From Candidatus Multivoradales bacterium (GTDB lineage Bacteria; Acidobacteriota; Thermoanaerobaculia; Multivoradales; J023): a stretch of 64,000 nucleotides of DNA. The notes under the pieces are model-generated. The model saw only the letters and a program-made list of their open reading frames with translations, ran no database searches and was not told where the DNA came from. Within the stretch, counting starts at the first letter, position 1. Each line of letters starts with the position of its first letter. The translations under genes and the position numbers were made by a program. Below, piece by piece: positions 38,805-47,981 of the stretch. Location: assembly GCA_965248925.1 (NCBI GenBank), contig CBDFLE010000005.1, forward strand, positions 192,001 through 256,000. Direction: 5' to 3'.

Positions 38805-39260
38805 CTAGCGGCCGGGGGTGGCGCCCGACCAAGAAGTGATGTCGCCGGACTCGAAACCATCGGTGAAGATCGCCAGCTGCGGGTTGGCGCCACCGATGTG
38901 GTCGAGCGCGACCCCCTCCCAGACACTTGGCAGGGTATCGCCGATCCCTAGAACCCAGTTGGGGGAGGTGCCGGTGAGCCTGGCTGCTACCCAGTCTTCG
39001 GCGGCCGAGCCGGTGAGGAGCCCGGAGCCGCGGATCTTGCCAGGTGAGTTGGTGTCGCCGGTGATCCAAATCAGATGGGTTCCTGGGCCGACAGTGCTGC
39101 CGGGGGTGCCGCGTAGTTCGAGGTATTCGTGCAGTTGGCCGCCGCCGAGTGGGGTAAAGGGCAGCTCGTTGATGTAAATCTGCGATTGCACCGGTTGGCT
39201 GACGAGAGCCAAGAGGTGCAACAGGACTAGAGGTAGGAGGTGCTTGATTTTTTCTCGCAT
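38805..39260 (-). CDS. Small secreted protein (lamin-tail-like start) with C-terminal IFTDGFESGD tag
   Basis: Signal peptide; QIYINE...EYLELRG; ends IFTDGFESGDITSWSGATPGR. Confidence 0.7.
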   Translation of the reverse strand: MREKIKHLLPLVLLHLLALVSQPVQSQIYINELPFTPLGGGQLHEYLELRGTPGSTVGPGTHLIWITGDTNSPGKIRGSGLLTGSAAEDWVAARLTGTSPNWVLGIGDTLPSVWEGVALDHIGGANPQLAIFTDGFESGDITSWSGATPGR

Positions 39261-39378
39261 GGATCTGCCTCGCTGAGATTTGAACGGTGGCCGGAAAAGG
39301 TGTTCTTCTGACCTGTAAAGCGAGAACTATTTGGCCGACCCCCTCATCAGAGGCGACGAAGTTGCGGAGATTCCTCCG

Positions 39379-40200
39379 TTGATCGCGTACTACCGCCTGT
39401 CGGGCGGCGGCAACGACTTTCTGGCCCTGGTTGAGCCGGAGGTGCTGCCCGCAAAGTGCGATATTGCCGCCTGGTGCCGACGGGGACTGTCATTGGGCGC
39501 CGACGGCGTCTTGGTGCTCGATCGACGGGGCGAGGTGCTGCGGGTGCGCCATTTCAATGCTGACGGTGGAGCGGCGGGCCTGTGTCTGAACGGCACTCGC
39601 TGTGCCGCCCGTTTGGCGTTGGAGTTGGGATGGGCTCCCGAGAATGCTGCCTTTCCCATCACCACCGCGGTGGGCGTGCTCAGCGCTGCCTCGGTGGGCC
39701 AGGACATGATGCAGATCGAGCTGCCGGTTGCCGATCGGCCGCCGCAGCGGTGCTCGCTGGAAGTCCGAGGAGTCGTGCATGCTGGCTGGGAGGTTCTGGT
39801 TGGCGTGCCGCATCTGCTGCTGTGGGTCGAGGGCGGGCTGGCCGCTCTGGAGCTGAGGGAGTTGGGGCCGGCCTTGCGCTATCATCCGCACTTTCCAGAT
39901 GGCACCAATGTCAATTGGTTAGAGGGATGGCCGGGCGGCTTCGCTATCCGCACCTGGGAGCGCGGGGTCGAGGCCGAGACCCTGGCCTGTGGCACTGGAG
40001 TTCTCGCGGCCACGGCCGCCGGTATTGCCGCGGGGCGGTTTGATTTCCCTCTGCGGGTCGATACCCGAGGTGGCTTTGTATTCTCGGTGCAAGGAGAGAG
40101 CAGCGGAGGTAGGGTTCGCGCTTGGTCCTTGACCGGTGATGCCAGAATCGTTGCCCGCGGCGAGATTCTGGCGGGTGCTCTTGCTCAGCCAGGCATTTGA
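39379..40200 (+). CDS. dapF: Diaminopimelate epimerase
   Basis: GGGNDF, GADG, NADG..AGLCLNGTRC, GVPH, GTNVN, TWERGVEAETLACGTG. Start uncertain (ORF open from 39331). Confidence 0.9.
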   Translation: MIAYYRLSGGGNDFLALVEPEVLPAKCDIAAWCRRGLSLGADGVLVLDRRGEVLRVRHFNADGGAAGLCLNGTRCAARLALELGWAPENAAFPITTAVGVLSAASVGQDMMQIELPVADRPPQRCSLEVRGVVHAGWEVLVGVPHLLLWVEGGLAALELRELGPALRYHPHFPDGTNVNWLEGWPGGFAIRTWERGVEAETLACGTGVLAATAAGIAAGRFDFPLRVDTRGGFVFSVQGESSGGRVRAWSLTGDARIVARGEILAGALAQPGI

Positions 40201-40208
40201 TCGCTGAA

Positions 40209-41342
40209 CTAGCAAGGTGAAAACGTGCCAGCTGTGACGGCTTGTCCTACGACCGTCAGCACTTCATCGACCTCTGCGGTGGTGATGTAGTTGAAGAGGG
40301 GCAGGTTGATCACCCCGCGACACAGGCGATCGGCTTCTTCGCCACCCCTTTGACCGGCGATCCAAGGTGCGGCCCCTGGCTGCTTGGACATGGCTCCAGG
40401 GTAGACTGTGCCGTAGCCGATTTCGGCGTCGCGCAAGGCGGAAGCGAGTCCCTCTCGCTCGGCCGGGTCGAGGCGCAGGACACTCAAATAGCCGTTGTCG
40501 ACGTAGCCTGCGGGGGCTTCGATGGTGTTCAAGCCGAATTCGGCCAAGCGTTGCCGATAAAGCTGCTTGGCTCGGCGGCGGCTCTCAAGACGGTTGTCGA
40601 GATAGTCCAGGCAGAGGTCTAGATAGGCTGCGTCGAGTCCCGCCATGCGGCTGTTCCAGCCCACTAGGCCGTGTTCGTAGTGGCTGCTGCGGCCGTGGTT
40701 GCCCAGGCAACGCACGGTCTCGGCAAGTTCTGGTGAAGAGCACAGCACGGCGCCAGCGTCGCCTGCCGCGCCGAGCACCTTGGCGGGATAGAAAGACACC
40801 GTCGCGATCAGTGCGTCTCTGTAGATCGACTTTCCTTGCCACCGGGTGCCGTAGGACTGGGCTCCATCTTCGATCAGGGCTACGCCACGCCGGCGGCAGA
40901 GGGCGCGGAAATCGTCCAACCGCGCTGAACCCCAGCCGTAGAGGTGGACCAAGATTGCTGCTTTTGGCTGGTGCTCGTCGAGGGCTTGGCGGAAGAGTTC
41001 AAAATCCATCTCCAGATCGGCTGGGTCGACATCCACCGTCACCGGCCGTGCGCCGACGTTGACCACCGCTTCGAAGGTGGCCCAGAAGGTGGCGTCTGGC
41101 AGCACCACGGTGTCTCCTGGGCCAACCTCGAGCGCTCGCAGTGCGAGTTGCAGGGCATCCGTGCCGTTGGCGCAGCCCACCACCGCCGAGCAGCCGGTCT
41201 CGGTGGCCATGCGCTGCTCCAGGCGAGTCACCCAGGGACCGCCGACGAACGCGGTGGCCTCGCTGACTTGCCGGCATCGTTCAAGCCAGCGATCCATGAA
41301 ATCGGTCTCGAAGCGGCGCAGATCAATGAAGGGAACGGCCAT
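40209..41342 (-). CDS. DegT/DnrJ/EryC1/StrS family sugar aminotransferase
   Basis: MAVPFIDL, NGTDAL, VHLYG, IEDGAQSYG, SFYPAKVLG (PLP Lys), GWNSRM. Confidence 0.92.
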   Translation of the reverse strand: MAVPFIDLRRFETDFMDRWLERCRQVSEATAFVGGPWVTRLEQRMATETGCSAVVGCANGTDALQLALRALEVGPGDTVVLPDATFWATFEAVVNVGARPVTVDVDPADLEMDFELFRQALDEHQPKAAILVHLYGWGSARLDDFRALCRRRGVALIEDGAQSYGTRWQGKSIYRDALIATVSFYPAKVLGAAGDAGAVLCSSPELAETVRCLGNHGRSSHYEHGLVGWNSRMAGLDAAYLDLCLDYLDNRLESRRRAKQLYRQRLAEFGLNTIEAPAGYVDNGYLSVLRLDPAEREGLASALRDAEIGYGTVYPGAMSKQPGAAPWIAGQRGGEEADRLCRGVINLPLFNYITTAEVDEVLTVVGQAVTAGTFSPC

Positions 41343-41634
41343 GGGATCAACAACTCCAATCTCGAGAACTCTCGCCTCGGGCTCTGTTCGATGCCTCGTG
41401 CGTGCCAGGCCGCGCATCAAGATGTAGTCTTGGCTTGACGAGGGTGGGTTGCAAGCCACCTGCGCGGCTCGCGGCGGTAGGCTACCAGATCGGCACCCTA
41501 TGATACCGGGCCCAATTTCCGTCTCAGGTCTCTTTGTAGTAAGATCAAACTTGATGGATTCGCCGGAAGCCTAGCCCGGCCAGGGTAGGTGAGTGCAGGC
41601 AGAAAGCGTCAGGAGGTCAACCCTGACGCAGGAT

Positions 41635-41663
41635 TTGCTCTCTTTGGAGAAGTTGCGTATAAT
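41635..41663 (+). promoter_or_regulatory. Sigma70-type promoter
   Basis: TTGCTC-17 bp-TATAAT; inverted repeat GCGTCAGG-N8-CCTGACGC just upstream at 41606-41629. Confidence 0.6.
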
Positions 41664-41752
41664 TCATGCAACTGAGACCCGCCTACTGGCAAAGACATAG
41701 GTCCGAGTTGCTAGGCAGATATACGGACTTGTCGATACGAGGAGACGGAAAT

Positions 41753-42670
41753 ATGCGGCTATCCAAGGGTGGGTTCGTCTCGGTGTTAATTTTTCTTCTA
41801 GCAGTTCCAGTGTTTGGCGCCGAGATCAGCGTGACGGTCGATGAAGTGGCGTGTTTGCCAATCGACAACAATGGCATCGGCTGGGCGACGGTCGAGAACA
41901 ACATTCCCGAGACTTCTGTGCGGTTCTTCTTCCGCCGTTTGCACGAAGAGGTCGAAGATTTTTACTACGTGGAAATGAACCCGATGGGCGAAGGGCGCTA
42001 TTGGGGGATTTTCCCGCATCCCGAGGACGAGCAGCTCGACCGCTTCAATCTGCGCGACGATGAGCTTCTACAGCAGTTTCGCGACAGCGACCCAGGCGAC
42101 GATGAGGATTACCTCTGGGCTTGGTGGTGGCGGGCCAAGGAAGCCTCCGCTGACCGTGACCCGGACGACAACTTAGATACAGACCGGATTCGCGAGCAGG
42201 CCAGTGTCGGCAAGAGCGAGCCTCGTCATTGGCTGGAGCAGCTTGACGATCCCACGTTCCAGGAATGGCTGGAAGCTCTCGAGAACGAGCCTGCCGAGTT
42301 TTTCGCGGCTGTGTACGATGTCGAGGGCCGGCGTATTGCCCGGTCGAAAACCCGTGTCACCTTGGTGCAAGAGAAGTGTGATGTCGAGCTGACGCCAAAA
42401 CAGGATGGCGAGTCCGAGAACCTCACCATTGGCGAGACCGCCAACTGGCAGAAGGGAGAGAACGTCTTCCACTGGTTATGTGACGGCATCGTTTCGCGGC
42501 TCGATCCTTACGATGTGCTGCGCGAGGATGAGCAGTGTCGCGCTTGCGTCATTGCCTGGTGGAGACGGCCTGGTTTGATCGTGGCGTTGCCGACGGTGGC
42601 TTGTGTTGGCCTCTGTGACGGCATCTTCGATGACGATCCGGGTCTGCCGATCTCCCCTTCGGCACCGTAA
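41753..42670 (+). CDS. Hypothetical exported acidic protein with C-terminal hydrophobic segment
   Basis: SD GGAG before ATG 41753; signal peptide; ends WWRRPGLIVALPTVACVGLCDGIFDDDPGLPISPSAP. Confidence 0.8.
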   Translation: MRLSKGGFVSVLIFLLAVPVFGAEISVTVDEVACLPIDNNGIGWATVENNIPETSVRFFFRRLHEEVEDFYYVEMNPMGEGRYWGIFPHPEDEQLDRFNLRDDELLQQFRDSDPGDDEDYLWAWWWRAKEASADRDPDDNLDTDRIREQASVGKSEPRHWLEQLDDPTFQEWLEALENEPAEFFAAVYDVEGRRIARSKTRVTLVQEKCDVELTPKQDGESENLTIGETANWQKGENVFHWLCDGIVSRLDPYDVLREDEQCRACVIAWWRRPGLIVALPTVACVGLCDGIFDDDPGLPISPSAP

Positions 42671-42691
42671 TTGGGGCTATGGGTTTGTAGA

Positions 42692-42741
42692 CGAGGGGTT
42701 GAATGAAACCCCTCGCTAAGCTATGACGTCCCTGCGGGACG
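42692..42741. repeat. REP-like double palindrome
   Basis: CGAGGGGTT-GAATGA-AACCCCTCG and CGTCCC-TGC-GGGACG. Confidence 0.55.
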
Positions 42742-42839
42742 AGGAGATAGGCGCCCAAGTGCTGGGCGCTTTTTCTGTTTTGGTGGCGATTAGGCGGCTT
42801 CGGTGGGCGCAGGTCTTGGGTTTGGTTGCCTTCCTCGAC

Positions 42840-42930
42840 CGGCAGGGCTGCTGCCGCCTTATCGACTTCGAGAGCTGTGCTGTAGCGATCGTCCGGCCGC
42901 TTGGCTAGCAAGCGTTCAACGAAGGCATTC
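42840..42930 (-). pseudogene. Remnant of a Ser/Thr kinase catalytic-domain C-terminus
   Basis: Translates NAFVERLLAKRPDDRYSTALEVDKAAAALP (subdomain XI-like) with no upstream kinase motifs. Confidence 0.45.
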
Positions 42931-43071
42931 CGGCGGCTCCTTTGAATTCTTGCAGAGTCTCTAGACAATACCGCGGTGACCCGCGGTTGATGGAGTATGG
43001 CAGATCCTCTCGTTGGGCTGTGCTGCGCGTCTGGATTTGACCAGGCCGGCACGATCCGCGAAACTGTCGCC

Positions 43072-44427
43072 ATGGAACAGCTCGACAGCCTTCTCGCCGC
43101 CGCCGTGGATCTGGCTTGGGGGCCGCCCCTGGTGATCTTGTTGATCGGCGGTGGCCTCTACTTGACCGTACGCTCACGCTTGCTGCCTTTCTTCGGCGCT
43201 GCTCACGGCTTGGCGATTCTCACCGGGCGCTATGATTCTAAGGCTGATCCCGGCCAGCTGAGCCACTTTCAGGCTCTTTCTACCGCGCTGGCTTCGACCA
43301 TTGGTCTGGGCAACATCGGCGGGGTAGCCATCGCTATTACCCAGGGTGGCCCCGGGGCGGTGTTCTGGATGTGGTTGGCGGCTCTCCTCGGCATGGCGAC
43401 CAAGTTCTTCACTTGCACCCTGGCGGTGATGTATCGCGGCCGGGATAGCCAGGGCGTGCTACAGGGCGGGCCGATGTACACAATTGAAGTGGGCCTGGGC
43501 AAGCGGTTCAAACCGCTGGCGATGCTCTTCGCCGCCTGCGGCATGGTCGGGTGCCTAAGTATTTTTCAGAGCAACCAGGTGGCTGAGATCTTGGAGACTA
43601 CCTATCAGCTGCCGCGGTGGGGGACCGGGATCGTCTGCGTCGCTCTGGTCACGGCGGTCACTTTTGGCGGCGTGGCACGGCTCGGCATGGTCGCCAGCCG
43701 CTTAGTGCCTTCGATGTGCGTGCTCTACTTGCTCGGGGCGTTGGCCATCATGGTGCGCAACTTCGAGCTGGTGCCGCAGGTCTTCGGCCAGATTTTCCAC
43801 GACGCCTTCCAGGGCTCGGCGTTGGTCGGCGGCGGCACTGGAGTAGCCTTTGCCCAAGTGGTGAAGATCGGTGTCAAGCGAGCAGCCTTCTCCAATGAGG
43901 CAGGAATTGGTACGGCACCGCTGGCCCACGGGGCGGCCAGGACCAGCGAACCGGTGCGTGAAGGGTTGGTGGCCATGTTGGGCCCCTTCATTGACACGAT
44001 CTTGGTGTGTTCTCTGACCGCCTTCGTGATCCTCTCGACCGGCCTTTGGCAGGGCGAAGCTGGGATCGAGGGAGTTGCTTTGACGGTGCGCGCTTTCGAG
44101 CAGGGCCTGGGAGCTCCGGGAAAGATGTTGTTGGTGCTAGTGGCCTCTATGTTTGGATTCAGCACAATGATTGGTTATGCCTACTACGGCCGCAAGTGCT
44201 TTGCCTATCTATTTGGCGCTGAGTGGGCGCGGATCTACGACCTGTTTTATCTCGTCATGCTCTTTCTCGGCGCACTCTGGAGCATTCGGGTGGTCATCAA
44301 CTTGATGGACACCGCTTTTGCTCTGATGGCGGTGCCAAACATGATCGCCACCCTGATCTTGGCGCCGAAGGTGGTGGCGGCGACTCGCGATTACTTCCGT
44401 CGCCGGCAGGAGAATGCCGTGGGTTGA
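43072..44427 (+). CDS. Alanine/glycine:cation symporter (AGCS/AlsT family)
   Basis: FQALSTALASTIGLGNIGGV, GGPGAVFWMW, GGPMY, FSNEAGIGT, FIDTILVC. Confidence 0.93.
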   Translation: MEQLDSLLAAAVDLAWGPPLVILLIGGGLYLTVRSRLLPFFGAAHGLAILTGRYDSKADPGQLSHFQALSTALASTIGLGNIGGVAIAITQGGPGAVFWMWLAALLGMATKFFTCTLAVMYRGRDSQGVLQGGPMYTIEVGLGKRFKPLAMLFAACGMVGCLSIFQSNQVAEILETTYQLPRWGTGIVCVALVTAVTFGGVARLGMVASRLVPSMCVLYLLGALAIMVRNFELVPQVFGQIFHDAFQGSALVGGGTGVAFAQVVKIGVKRAAFSNEAGIGTAPLAHGAARTSEPVREGLVAMLGPFIDTILVCSLTAFVILSTGLWQGEAGIEGVALTVRAFEQGLGAPGKMLLVLVASMFGFSTMIGYAYYGRKCFAYLFGAEWARIYDLFYLVMLFLGALWSIRVVINLMDTAFALMAVPNMIATLILAPKVVAATRDYFRRRQENAVG

Positions 44428-44450
44428 GCCGGCCACCGCTCGGTGGACGC

Positions 44451-45584
44451 TCAGCGCGGGTTGGAGAGGAAGCGCCGAGCTGCTCCCAGCGCCTCGCGAA
44501 AGTCCTCGCGAGCCCCGCCTTGGACCGCGTCGACCAGTTCGCTGAGGGCATCGCGAGTGGCTTCGTAGACCTCGCCGCGGTGGGGATTGAGGCTTTGGAT
44601 ATCGAAGTAGAGGTCGGGATCTTCGAGCAGCACCGAAAGCGCCGTCGAAGCCTGCCGATTGTAGGTCGTCGAAGCACAGGTGGCGAGCAGTTCGGCGCCC
44701 AGTCCGGAGCGCGTCAGGGCACAGCCAAAGAGCATGCCCGAAAGATGGCCGAGGCCAAGTAGCCAGCCCATGAGGCGGTCATGATGGTCGAAGGGGACCG
44801 GCACCAGGTGGGTGTAGGGATGCTGCAACCAACGCTCGATGCGCTGGCGTTCTAGCAGCGGATCTTGACGACAGGCGAGGACGAAGGTCAGGGGTTCGTA
44901 TGGGGATTTCCCAGGTCCGAACATTGGGTGCAGCGAAGCCAGCTCGACCCCCTGCTCGGTGGCGGCGGCGAAGGAGGGTTCTAGATGGTCTTTGATCGAC
45001 GCAATCTCGATCACCAAGCCGCGCGGCCGGCGAGCGATGACCGCCGCCAGAGCGTCATTCATCTTGCCCAAAGGAACAGAGACCAGAATGGCGTCGTAGA
45101 CGTCCAAGTCGTCGATTTGCTGCAGCGTGGCGAAACGCCCAGGCTGGTGCGGTAGGGGCGCCATCGCCGGGTCGACGATCTCCGAGCTGTGGCCGAGCAG
45201 ACCGCTGAAGCGGTGAAACCACTCGCCCATGTTGCCGGCACCGCCGAGGATTAGCAGGCGATGGCCGCCGGCGGCGCGGAGTTCGATGCCCACCCGATGC
45301 TGACGCTCGATCGAACCGCGCATCACGGCATCGAAAATCGACTCCATCACGTCTTCGGAAATGCCACAGGCTTCGGCGTGCTGCCGCGCTCGCGTGAGCA
45401 CCCGGTCACCAGCCTTTTGGACGACGATCGGGCGCTTGGCGGAGGCTTTTAGGCGGCCCACGTCGCCGGCTAATTCCATCCGCCGACGGATCAACTCGAG
45501 CAGCGAGCGGTCGACTTCGGCAATCTTCTCACGCAGCTTGGCAAGAGGCTGATCCGCGCCGCCTTGTTGGGAGTCTTCTTGCAC
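44451..45584 (-). CDS. tyrA: Bifunctional chorismate mutase / prephenate dehydrogenase
   Basis: LREKIAEVDRSLLELIRRR (AroQ-type CM); ILGGAGNMG Rossmann motif, IASIK, LHPMFGP, HDRLM; GTG start 10 nt after the actin stop. Confidence 0.85.
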   Translation of the reverse strand: MQEDSQQGGADQPLAKLREKIAEVDRSLLELIRRRMELAGDVGRLKASAKRPIVVQKAGDRVLTRARQHAEACGISEDVMESIFDAVMRGSIERQHRVGIELRAAGGHRLLILGGAGNMGEWFHRFSGLLGHSSEIVDPAMAPLPHQPGRFATLQQIDDLDVYDAILVSVPLGKMNDALAAVIARRPRGLVIEIASIKDHLEPSFAAATEQGVELASLHPMFGPGKSPYEPLTFVLACRQDPLLERQRIERWLQHPYTHLVPVPFDHHDRLMGWLLGLGHLSGMLFGCALTRSGLGAELLATCASTTYNRQASTALSVLLEDPDLYFDIQSLNPHRGEVYEATRDALSELVDAVQGGAREDFREALGAARRFLSNPR

Positions 45585-45594
45585 GGTAGAGATC

Positions 45595-46620
45595 CTAGTG
45601 AGCCAACTTCTCCCAGTCGCTTTCGGCGGCGTCCTGAGCCAGGGATAGACCGCCGTCGGAACCGACAAAAACCGGGTCTTTGACCATTCTTACCTTGCCA
45701 CCACCGAGGTTCGATAGGCGATCCTGGAGAGCGGCGCGTAGGCCCGAGATCATCGATGAACCCCCCGACAGGATGACGTTCTGACGTACCTTGGCCTGGT
45801 ACTCGGGCTCGACTCTGGGCAGCAGGTCGAGCATCGCTTCGGCGACCGGCTGCAACAAGCTCTCGCAAGCCGCCCGCATTTCTTTGGTGATGTCGAGCTT
45901 GGTGGGTTTGCCATCGAACGGCGCGGTCACCACCACTTTGGCTTGAGGGGCGCCGACGAAGCCGTGTTGCTCCTTCCAGGTGCGCACCATGTGGATCGAG
46001 AACTGCGCTTTTGGATAACGTTCGGCGATCAAAGTAGCAAGGTACTGGTCTATGGAATCACCGGCAATGGTCAGGGTGCGCTGATCTTCGTCTCCCGGGA
46101 AGTGGCCCATCATGATGCAGAAGTCACTGGTGCCGGCACCGATGTCGATGATCATGGTGTGCAGCAGGGCGTCGAGGCCGTAGGCCACGGCGAAGGGCTC
46201 GGAGACGATCATCAAGCCATCGACCACTCCTTTAAGGGCGCGGCGAATGGGCTCTTGGTTGACCCGCATGGCCTCTGCCGGGACGCCGACCACGGCGCGT
46301 ACCGGCGTTTCTTTGCCGTTGCCTACTCCGGCGAGATCCAGCAGATGGACGAGAATCTCGCGTACCGCCCGCAGGTCCTTCTCTGAGGCCTCCTTGATCA
46401 GGCCGCGCTCCAGGGGCCGGTGCAAGTCAAGCATGGTGCGGTTCTCGAGCGCCTCGGATCCCACCAAAACATCGCGCTTGAGCACTTTGCGCGACACCAT
46501 GTCAACCGGCCAACCGACGTAGCTCTGGACCACATGCCGCTGGCCGTTGGAGGCGGAGATCGAGCTACGCGAGGTGCCGAGGTCGATGCCGACAGTGATT
46601 GGTTCCGTTTTCTTACCCAT
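45595..46620 (-). CDS. mamK: MamK-like actin-family ATPase
   Basis: GIDLGTS, VGWP.D, RPLERG, VVGVPA, VSEPFAVAYGL, IIDIGAGT, PGDEDQ, KEQHGFVG, NVILSGG and C-terminal W..L match MamK as I recall it rather than MreB; orthology not established. Confidence 0.8.
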   Translation of the reverse strand: MGKKTEPITVGIDLGTSRSSISASNGQRHVVQSYVGWPVDMVSRKVLKRDVLVGSEALENRTMLDLHRPLERGLIKEASEKDLRAVREILVHLLDLAGVGNGKETPVRAVVGVPAEAMRVNQEPIRRALKGVVDGLMIVSEPFAVAYGLDALLHTMIIDIGAGTSDFCIMMGHFPGDEDQRTLTIAGDSIDQYLATLIAERYPKAQFSIHMVRTWKEQHGFVGAPQAKVVVTAPFDGKPTKLDITKEMRAACESLLQPVAEAMLDLLPRVEPEYQAKVRQNVILSGGSSMISGLRAALQDRLSNLGGGKVRMVKDPVFVGSDGGLSLAQDAAESDWEKLAH

Positions 46621-46668
46621 AGCAGGTTCCTCATCAGGCGGGCGGCGGATTGCTTACCCGGAGCCGGC

Positions 46669-47670
46669 TTAGCCGGCCTGGTTGACTTTGTGGGCGTAGG
46701 ACTCGATGCCCTTGAAAAGAGCTTCGGCGATGTGCTCCCGGTAACGAGGGCGGCCCAGCAATTCGACTTCGTGGGCATTCGACAGGCACGACACCTCGGC
46801 CAGGATGGCGGGCATCTCGGTTGCTACCAAAACGATGAAAGGGGCGGTCTTGACCCCCCGATTGCGCACTCCGGGTTGGAATTCGTCGATCGAGCGAAAT
46901 AGCGCCTGCTGCACGCTCTCGGCGAGGCCTCGCGATTGGTTCTGGCGGACATCGGCGTAGATTCCCTCCAGCAAGCGCCGCATGTCGGTCAGGGTATAGC
47001 CGGACGCTCGGTTCTCTTGCTGGGCCAGGTGACTGAGCGCTGGGTCGCTGGTGGGGCCGAGAAAGTAGGTCTCGACACCGCGGACGTCGCGGGTCTCGAT
47101 CCAGTTCAGATGGATGGAGACGAAGATGTCGGCGTGCTGCTGGTTGGCCAGGTCGACCCGTTCTTTGAGTGATACCGAGTGGTCTTGGTCGCGGGTCAGC
47201 AGGACTTCGTACTTGGCCTCAAGTAGCCTGCGCTGCAACCGCTGAGCGATGTCCAGCGCGACGTCCTTTTCGATCAAGGGGCCACCGATGCCAGCTCCGT
47301 GGTCGTCGCCACCGTGCCCCGGGTCAAGCACGATGCGGCGAATTGCCAGCGGCAGCACCTTGGGGTCGATCGGCCGCGGAGCCGAGAACGTGGGCTGCTG
47401 CAACGGCATTTCGATCGCCACAGCATTGGCGGTCGACGGAGGCCGGCCAGCGAGTGCCCCCGAGGTGTCCGCCGGAGTGCTCGGCAACAGCAGCTGAGCG
47501 ACCGAAATACCAGCGAAGGGCAAGGCAAAGACGAACGCCGCGCCCAGCCGCCGGCTGGAGCGGCGAGCGGTCTTGCGCAGTAACCGTTGGCGGCGCTCAT
47601 CGGCGCTCTCTAGATTGCTAACTACCGCCTGGGCGAGAAGCTTGCGCTTGATCTCTCGGTCTCTACTCAT
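46669..47670 (-). CDS. N-acetylmuramoyl-L-alanine amidase (Amidase_3) with N-terminal TM anchor
   Basis: VLDPGHGG, EKDVALDIA, LTRD, FVSIHLN, GVETYF, PAILAEV; basic N-tail followed by a TM helix. Confidence 0.92.
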   Translation of the reverse strand: MSRDREIKRKLLAQAVVSNLESADERRQRLLRKTARRSSRRLGAAFVFALPFAGISVAQLLLPSTPADTSGALAGRPPSTANAVAIEMPLQQPTFSAPRPIDPKVLPLAIRRIVLDPGHGGDDHGAGIGGPLIEKDVALDIAQRLQRRLLEAKYEVLLTRDQDHSVSLKERVDLANQQHADIFVSIHLNWIETRDVRGVETYFLGPTSDPALSHLAQQENRASGYTLTDMRRLLEGIYADVRQNQSRGLAESVQQALFRSIDEFQPGVRNRGVKTAPFIVLVATEMPAILAEVSCLSNAHEVELLGRPRYREHIAEALFKGIESYAHKVNQAG

Positions 47671-47795
47671 CCTTTGCTCACCGCTGGGGCTACGACTCGA
47701 ACAATCTCAATGGGTTTTTCGGCGCCCACTTATTCCCCTACCGTCGGGGCGCACATTACCCCTTGTCGATATGGGCGAAAGAGCATGCTAACAGA

Positions 47796-47916
47796 AAACC
47801 GCTGCGGAAACCGCTGCGGCTGAAACGGTGTCTTGATCGCAATTTACGGCCCAAGGCGAGGGCGGGGATAATCTGACAAGCGACTCGACAGCGGGACTCA
47901 ACGGCGGGACTCAACG
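47796..47916. repeat. Short direct tandem repeats upstream of the amidase-actin operon
   Basis: AAACCGCTGCGG x2 (47796-47819); GACTCRACRGCGG x2.7 (47882-47916). Confidence 0.6.
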
Positions 47917-47919
47917 CAG

Positions 47920-47945
47920 AACAGCCCGCCGACTTGCGGGCTGTT
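47920..47945. terminator. Hairpin downstream of the DUF4126 gene
   Basis: AACAGCCCGC-CGACTT-GCGGGCTGTT perfect 10-bp stem. Confidence 0.55.
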
Positions 47946-47981
47946 GTCGGGGTGTTTGAAAGACTCGTTCCAGCAGCCGTC

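Noticed and set aside
45595-46620. Magnetosome island, or a canonical mreB
   Set aside because: No other mam/mms genes nearby; no mreC/mreD, and the motifs differ from MreB
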